Shown here: positions 60,096-64,000 of the stretch, piece after piece
How positions within the stretch are numbered: position 1 is the stretch's first letter
Layout of the letters: the number at the start of each line of letters is the position of its first letter
From: Planctomycetota bacterium
GTDB taxonomy: Bacteria > Planctomycetota > UBA8108 > SXIK01
DNA: 64,000 nt
Direction: 5' to 3'
Assembly: GCA_965223265.1 (NCBI GenBank)
Contig: OZ244999.1
Coordinates: forward strand, 4,480,001 to 4,544,000
The notes under the pieces: generated by a model
What the model saw: the letters and a program-made list of their open reading frames with translations, nothing else
The model's database searches: none
What the model was told of the DNA's origin: nothing
Position numbers and translations under genes: made by a program

Positions 60096-61595
60096 CTAGT
60101 TGCAGCTCGTCGAGCCGACTGGGCAATCCTCGAGCGTGACGCCCTCCGCGGTGCCGCACGACGGGAACGGCGCTGCCGGAGCTGGGAAAAGGTTCCCAGG
60201 AGTCGCGCCGGGCTGAACCCGCCAGTAAATCACGTGCATTGCATCCGCCATGTTGACGCTGCCGTCGTTGTTGGCGTCCGCGGCCGGACCGCATGCGGTC
60301 TGCTCGGTGCCGTAGAACAGGCTGCCGAGGATCCAAATGCCGTCAGAGATATCCACGCGCCCGTCAGCATTTGTGTCGCCGCGGATAAAGAGGGGAAGCG
60401 GCGCGCCGGCCGGCACTAGATTCACGGTTTTAGTCGACGTCGCCGTCGGCGCGACTTCGTTTCCACCGACGACGAACAAGGCCTCGACCGGGTCGCGCCC
60501 TGCGACGTCACCCAGGCCGTTGGTGAAACTAAGGGTCGTCGAGTCCGGTGTACCGCCCTCGGGGATCGACACCGCGCTGCGGAAGCTGATCGTATCAAGG
60601 TGCTTCGTCTCGCCGTCGCCGACGGTGAGAACCGCAGAGCCGGGGTCGCTGACGCTGAGGACAACGCCGACTGTAACTCCAGTCTCGCTGCTCGAGTCGC
60701 TGGTCGCGGCGAGCTCATAGTTGACGAATTCAGGACCGTTGCCGCCGTTCATAAGAGCAGCGTCGCTTCCGGGCTCACCAGCCGTGCCCGCGACCTTGGT
60801 CGCGTCGGCAGCAATGCCGTACGACCAGCCTTGGACGTCGGTCGAAGACCCAGTGGAGGCAACCCAAACCTGCACGGCCGCGGTCGTCGCCAAGTCGGCG
60901 GCAAGATCGCAGCTCTCAGGCGTGAAGGAAAGTTCCAAGCCGGCGACTGGACCGATCCCGCACTTCACCGTCGCCGTAGCGGTCTCCTGAACCGCAGGTG
61001 TAACCGAGCGTCCTGCGACGGTGACATTGATGTCCACCGGTGGGCTACCAGGGACCGCGAGGTCGCTCACGTACGTCAGATCACTCTGAATGTCACCCGA
61101 AGCGCCATCGCAAGCAGTCGCGAGAACCGTGTAATTCGGTTTGGCGACGCTGTAGAGGTCGGAGACCGGTAGCTGAATATCTTCGCCAGTCAACGACAGA
61201 ACGACGGCTTGAATGAAACCGATGTTGGTGTCGCCGTCAGCAATGATCGTCGTGCGATTGAACTGAGGGTTCAGCGTTGCAGCATCCGTTGAATCGAAGT
61301 CGATGCTGTCGAGACTCATGACGGCAGGATCGTGCCGCAGGCCATAAGACCACCCTTGAATCGCTTGCACGCGAATCGTGAGCGCAGCCGTCGCCACGAG
61401 CGCGTCGCCCGGCGAGTACTCTGCCTTGTCGAGTCGGAGCAGCAGGTCGTAACTGGTTGGATCCATGGGGTCGACCTCTTGCGCCCTCAATCCCGACGCC
61501 GCAACGGTCAACAGAGCGGCTGTCATTAGAGCGGGAAGCAGAAAGCCTCTCCCCAACCAACCCAACCGCGGGTGGCAACTCCTACTCAATCGCAT
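60096..61595 (-). CDS. Secreted protein with two cohesin-like domains and a C-terminal dockerin
   Basis: RBS AAGGAG; signal peptide ending LRAQ; two 'QGWSYG' beta-sandwich repeats; 'FIRGDTNADGRVDISD...AADANNDGSVNMAD'. Confidence 0.82.
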   Translation of the reverse strand: MRLSRSCHPRLGWLGRGFLLPALMTAALLTVAASGLRAQEVDPMDPTSYDLLLRLDKAEYSPGDALVATAALTIRVQAIQGWSYGLRHDPAVMSLDSIDFDSTDAATLNPQFNRTTIIADGDTNIGFIQAVVLSLTGEDIQLPVSDLYSVAKPNYTVLATACDGASGDIQSDLTYVSDLAVPGSPPVDINVTVAGRSVTPAVQETATATVKCGIGPVAGLELSFTPESCDLAADLATTAAVQVWVASTGSSTDVQGWSYGIAADATKVAGTAGEPGSDAALMNGGNGPEFVNYELAATSDSSSETGVTVGVVLSVSDPGSAVLTVGDGETKHLDTISFRSAVSIPEGGTPDSTTLSFTNGLGDVAGRDPVEALFVVGGNEVAPTATSTKTVNLVPAGAPLPLFIRGDTNADGRVDISDGIWILGSLFYGTEQTACGPAADANNDGSVNMADAMHVIYWRVQPGATPGNLFPAPAAPFPSCGTAEGVTLEDCPVGSTSCN

Positions 61596-61817
61596 CTCAA
61601 TCTCCTTAAGCACTCGGTAAAACTTGCGACCCAGACAAAGTGAGAGCGCAAGTTACTCCCCTGCTCCGTAACCCGAACTTTGCGAGCCAGAGGGGACTCA
61701 ACACTTCGAGTCTCGTCTCGTGCGCACAAACAACCCGACCCGACAACGTCAGGCAAAACAGGAAGGCTGATCCGAATTAGGGGCTAGTCCTCTATTCAAG
61801 TCTCAGACGTTCAGACG

Positions 61818-61847
61818 ATTATAGAGGTGCAATTGTCGCGTTGTCAA
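61818..61847 (-). promoter_or_regulatory. Consensus sigma70 promoter TTGACA-N18-TATAAT
   Basis: Both hexamers are perfect and oriented toward the 61595 gene, implying a leader of about 215 nt. Confidence 0.75.
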
Positions 61848-62091
61848 CGATAGCCCACACGCATCAAAACAGATCGAAACGCCACCTTCAGTGTACGTGT
61901 TAAGGCAGGGGAATGCCCTCGTTTCCACGTCAAAAACAGTCGATTCACACCGCAACTGATGGTTGTCGTCCGCTGCATTGTGTGACACACCTCGCGGCCG
62001 TGTGGTGCGCGTCGATATCGTCTGCGCATCCAAGGTAAACCACTCTTGGCTCTAGTGCCTTCGTGACGTTTTTTGTACGGCGTGCCCCAAC

Positions 62092-62130
62092 AAAAAAAAA
62101 GAGCCCCGCAGCGACTCGCTGCGAGGCTCT
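62092..62130 (-). terminator. Intrinsic terminator after the 62164 gene
   Basis: Minus strand GAGCCTCGCAGCGA-g-TCGCTGCGGGGCTC followed by T9. Confidence 0.88.
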
Positions 62131-62163
62131 TCGCTCAGTTTTCACTGAGGACTTTGATCACAA

Positions 62164-64000
62164 CTACGGGCAGTTGGAAGTCGAGTTACAACCAACGCCA
62201 TCGTCGCTGCCTTCGCCACAGCCCGGGAACGGAGCTGGCGGCGGCGGCCCACCAAGGAACTGGTAGTTGATCAGATAGGTGGCATCCGCGAGGTCGACAC
62301 CGTCATCGTCGTTCGCATCCGCGGCGTCCTGACATGGTGATTCAGGTCCGTTGCGGAAGAGCTCGTTGATGATCCAAACCGGATCAGCAATGTCGATGCC
62401 GCCGTCGTCATTCGCATCACCGCGCAGGAACGTGGTGACTTCACGCGCGCGAATAATCACGTTCGCCTTGATCGTGTCTTTGTTACAGGCCGGACGGCTC
62501 TTACCAGCGATCGTGAAGACGCTGGAGACCGGCTGACCCTGACCGATGAGGCCGTCAACGACCTGCAAGCAACCCGTGACGTCGCCACCCGAGGAGGCAG
62601 GCGAGGTGCTGCTGACGGAAACCTGCAGGATCGACTGCGTGCCAACCAGCGGCAGCTGGTTCGGACAGCCGAAGCAAAGCACGACGGCGCTCGTACCACC
62701 GATCATGCCGCCATTGTTTTCCGCCAGGGCGACAAACGTCTTGTTGAAGCCACCGTCGAACGAGTCCAGCGCCGGGGCGCCGTCTGTGGTGACGCCGTCA
62801 ACGCTGAGGTCGCCAGTCACCTTGACACCGACTGACCAGCCCTGAATACCATCCGGGCCGAGCAGGTTGGAGACGCCGTTGACCCACACAGTCTGTGAGC
62901 CGGTCGCGCCTTCGGCGGTCTCGACGAGGAACTCTGTGTTGAGACCAAGACAGCCCTCACCAGAGCTCGACGGATCGAGGATTTCGCCGTTCGAGACAGC
63001 GCCATCGGTGAAACTGTAGTTGAGCTCGGCGTCACAGCAATCCTGCTGCGGTACGAGCTGGATCGTCTTGCCATTGAGCGTCGGGATGACCGACTGGCCC
63101 GCCTGCGAGACGCGAATCGGTACTGCGTTGCCGGAACCAGACAGGCCGCCAACGTAGGCTACCGAAGCAGAGCCACCACCGGCAGGAATCGTCGCCGAAA
63201 CGCCAATGCGGGCAATCGAGCTCGTCGAGTTGGCCGGCAGGGCGCCGCCAGTCTCGCAACCGGTACAAAGAACGACGGCGCCGACGGCACCTTCGTTGCC
63301 AGCACCAACGGCGAGCTCATGGCGCTCGAAGCTACCGTTCGGATCCAGCGCGGCCTCAGCGTCCGTTCCGCCGATCGAGATACTGACAATGTCAGCGCCG
63401 CTCGCCTGAACACCATACGACCAACCTTGAGCGCCATCGCCGGCGCCGCTGTGGCTGAGGGTCAAGACGCACTCGGCCTCGCCGACTTCGCCTTCACGAC
63501 CGACGATCGCGTCCGCCGGGGCAAACCCAAGCACGAAGTTACCGAGCTCTGGCTCAAGCGCGATATCGCGGCGACTCAAGAACGGCCGCACGGAGATATT
63601 GCCTTGCGTGACGATATTCTGGACCGGTTGGCCGGCACCGCCAGCACCGCGCAGTCCGTTGACATAACTGAGCACTGCGGTTGAACCGCCGGGAGGGATC
63701 ACACCCTCGACGCCGACGTCCGCGACCACAGCCGAATTCGGCAGCGAAACGCCGCCGTCGAAGTCGAGAACGACCGAACTGACAGCGCCTTCATTGCCGT
63801 CGCCAGTCGTAAGTTCTGTGCGATCGAAGCTGTTTCCAGCGACGAGCAGCGCAGCGGCATCACCAGCGAGCGCGATGCTCGTGATGTCGACACCATCGGC
63901 AGCGACACCCAGCGACCAGGCAGTCGCACCAGCACTTGGCCCGCTGTGGACGATCGTCAGCCGGCAAGACCCGGCGGCCAACTCGCCAACCGGCGCGGTC
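62164..64000 (-). CDS. Multi-cohesin-like protein with a C-terminal dockerin (5' end outside the window)
   Basis: Frame stays open to 64000; three repeats with AWSLGV/GWSYGV/GWSVGV; 'FLRGDANDDGGIDIAD...AADANDDDGVDLAD'. Confidence 0.82.
   Translation of the reverse strand, partial: TAPVGELAAGSCRLTIVHSGPSAGATAWSLGVAADGVDITSIALAGDAAALLVAGNSFDRTELTTGDGNEGAVSSVVLDFDGGVSLPNSAVVADVGVEGVIPPGGSTAVLSYVNGLRGAGGAGQPVQNIVTQGNISVRPFLSRRDIALEPELGNFVLGFAPADAIVGREGEVGEAECVLTLSHSGAGDGAQGWSYGVQASGADIVSISIGGTDAEAALDPNGSFERHELAVGAGNEGAVGAVVLCTGCETGGALPANSTSSIARIGVSATIPAGGGSASVAYVGGLSGSGNAVPIRVSQAGQSVIPTLNGKTIQLVPQQDCCDAELNYSFTDGAVSNGEILDPSSSGEGCLGLNTEFLVETAEGATGSQTVWVNGVSNLLGPDGIQGWSVGVKVTGDLSVDGVTTDGAPALDSFDGGFNKTFVALAENNGGMIGGTSAVVLCFGCPNQLPLVGTQSILQVSVSSTSPASSGGDVTGCLQVVDGLIGQGQPVSSVFTIAGKSRPACNKDTIKANVIIRAREVTTFLRGDANDDGGIDIADPVWIINELFRNGPESPCQDAADANDDDGVDLADATYLINYQFLGGPPPPAPFPGCGEGSDDGVGCNSTSNCP

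Overview
GC-rich bacterial chromosomal window, most likely Planctomycetota (inferred from the MoxR/DUF58/vWA/prenyltransferase-repeat cluster, the ribH-nusB-ftsY order and C-terminal 'FxRGDxNxDG' dockerin-type tails). 1-22.4 kb: one long minus-strand run of moxR AAA+, DUF58, BatA-vWA, vWA/GATase-like, beta-propeller, two prenyltransferase/squalene-cyclase-fold proteins and two coiled-coil proteins (one with an Ser/Asp repeat), continuing into a CNNM/CorC transporter, recO, bamD-like, lptE-like and a partial ftsH. 23-29 kb: guaB (strikingly eukaryote-type), guaA, ribH, nusB, ftsY. 29-43 kb: a giant glycine-rich lipoprotein, a third prenyltransferase-fold protein, nnrE, a GspC-like PDZ protein, a sigma54 activator with a degenerate AAA+ partner, and a very long pentapeptide-repeat protein. 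43-53 kb: smc, nrdR, mnmE, yidC and a metallophosphoesterase. 54-64 kb: three tandem proteins (two with visible export signals, one 5'-truncated), each with several cohesin-like domains plus a C-terminal dockerin and no recognisable enzyme domain; this is the best candidate for a novel self-assembling surface scaffold. No tRNA, rRNA, CRISPR array or mobile element was recognised. All domain calls are by-eye motif recognition; no searches were run.
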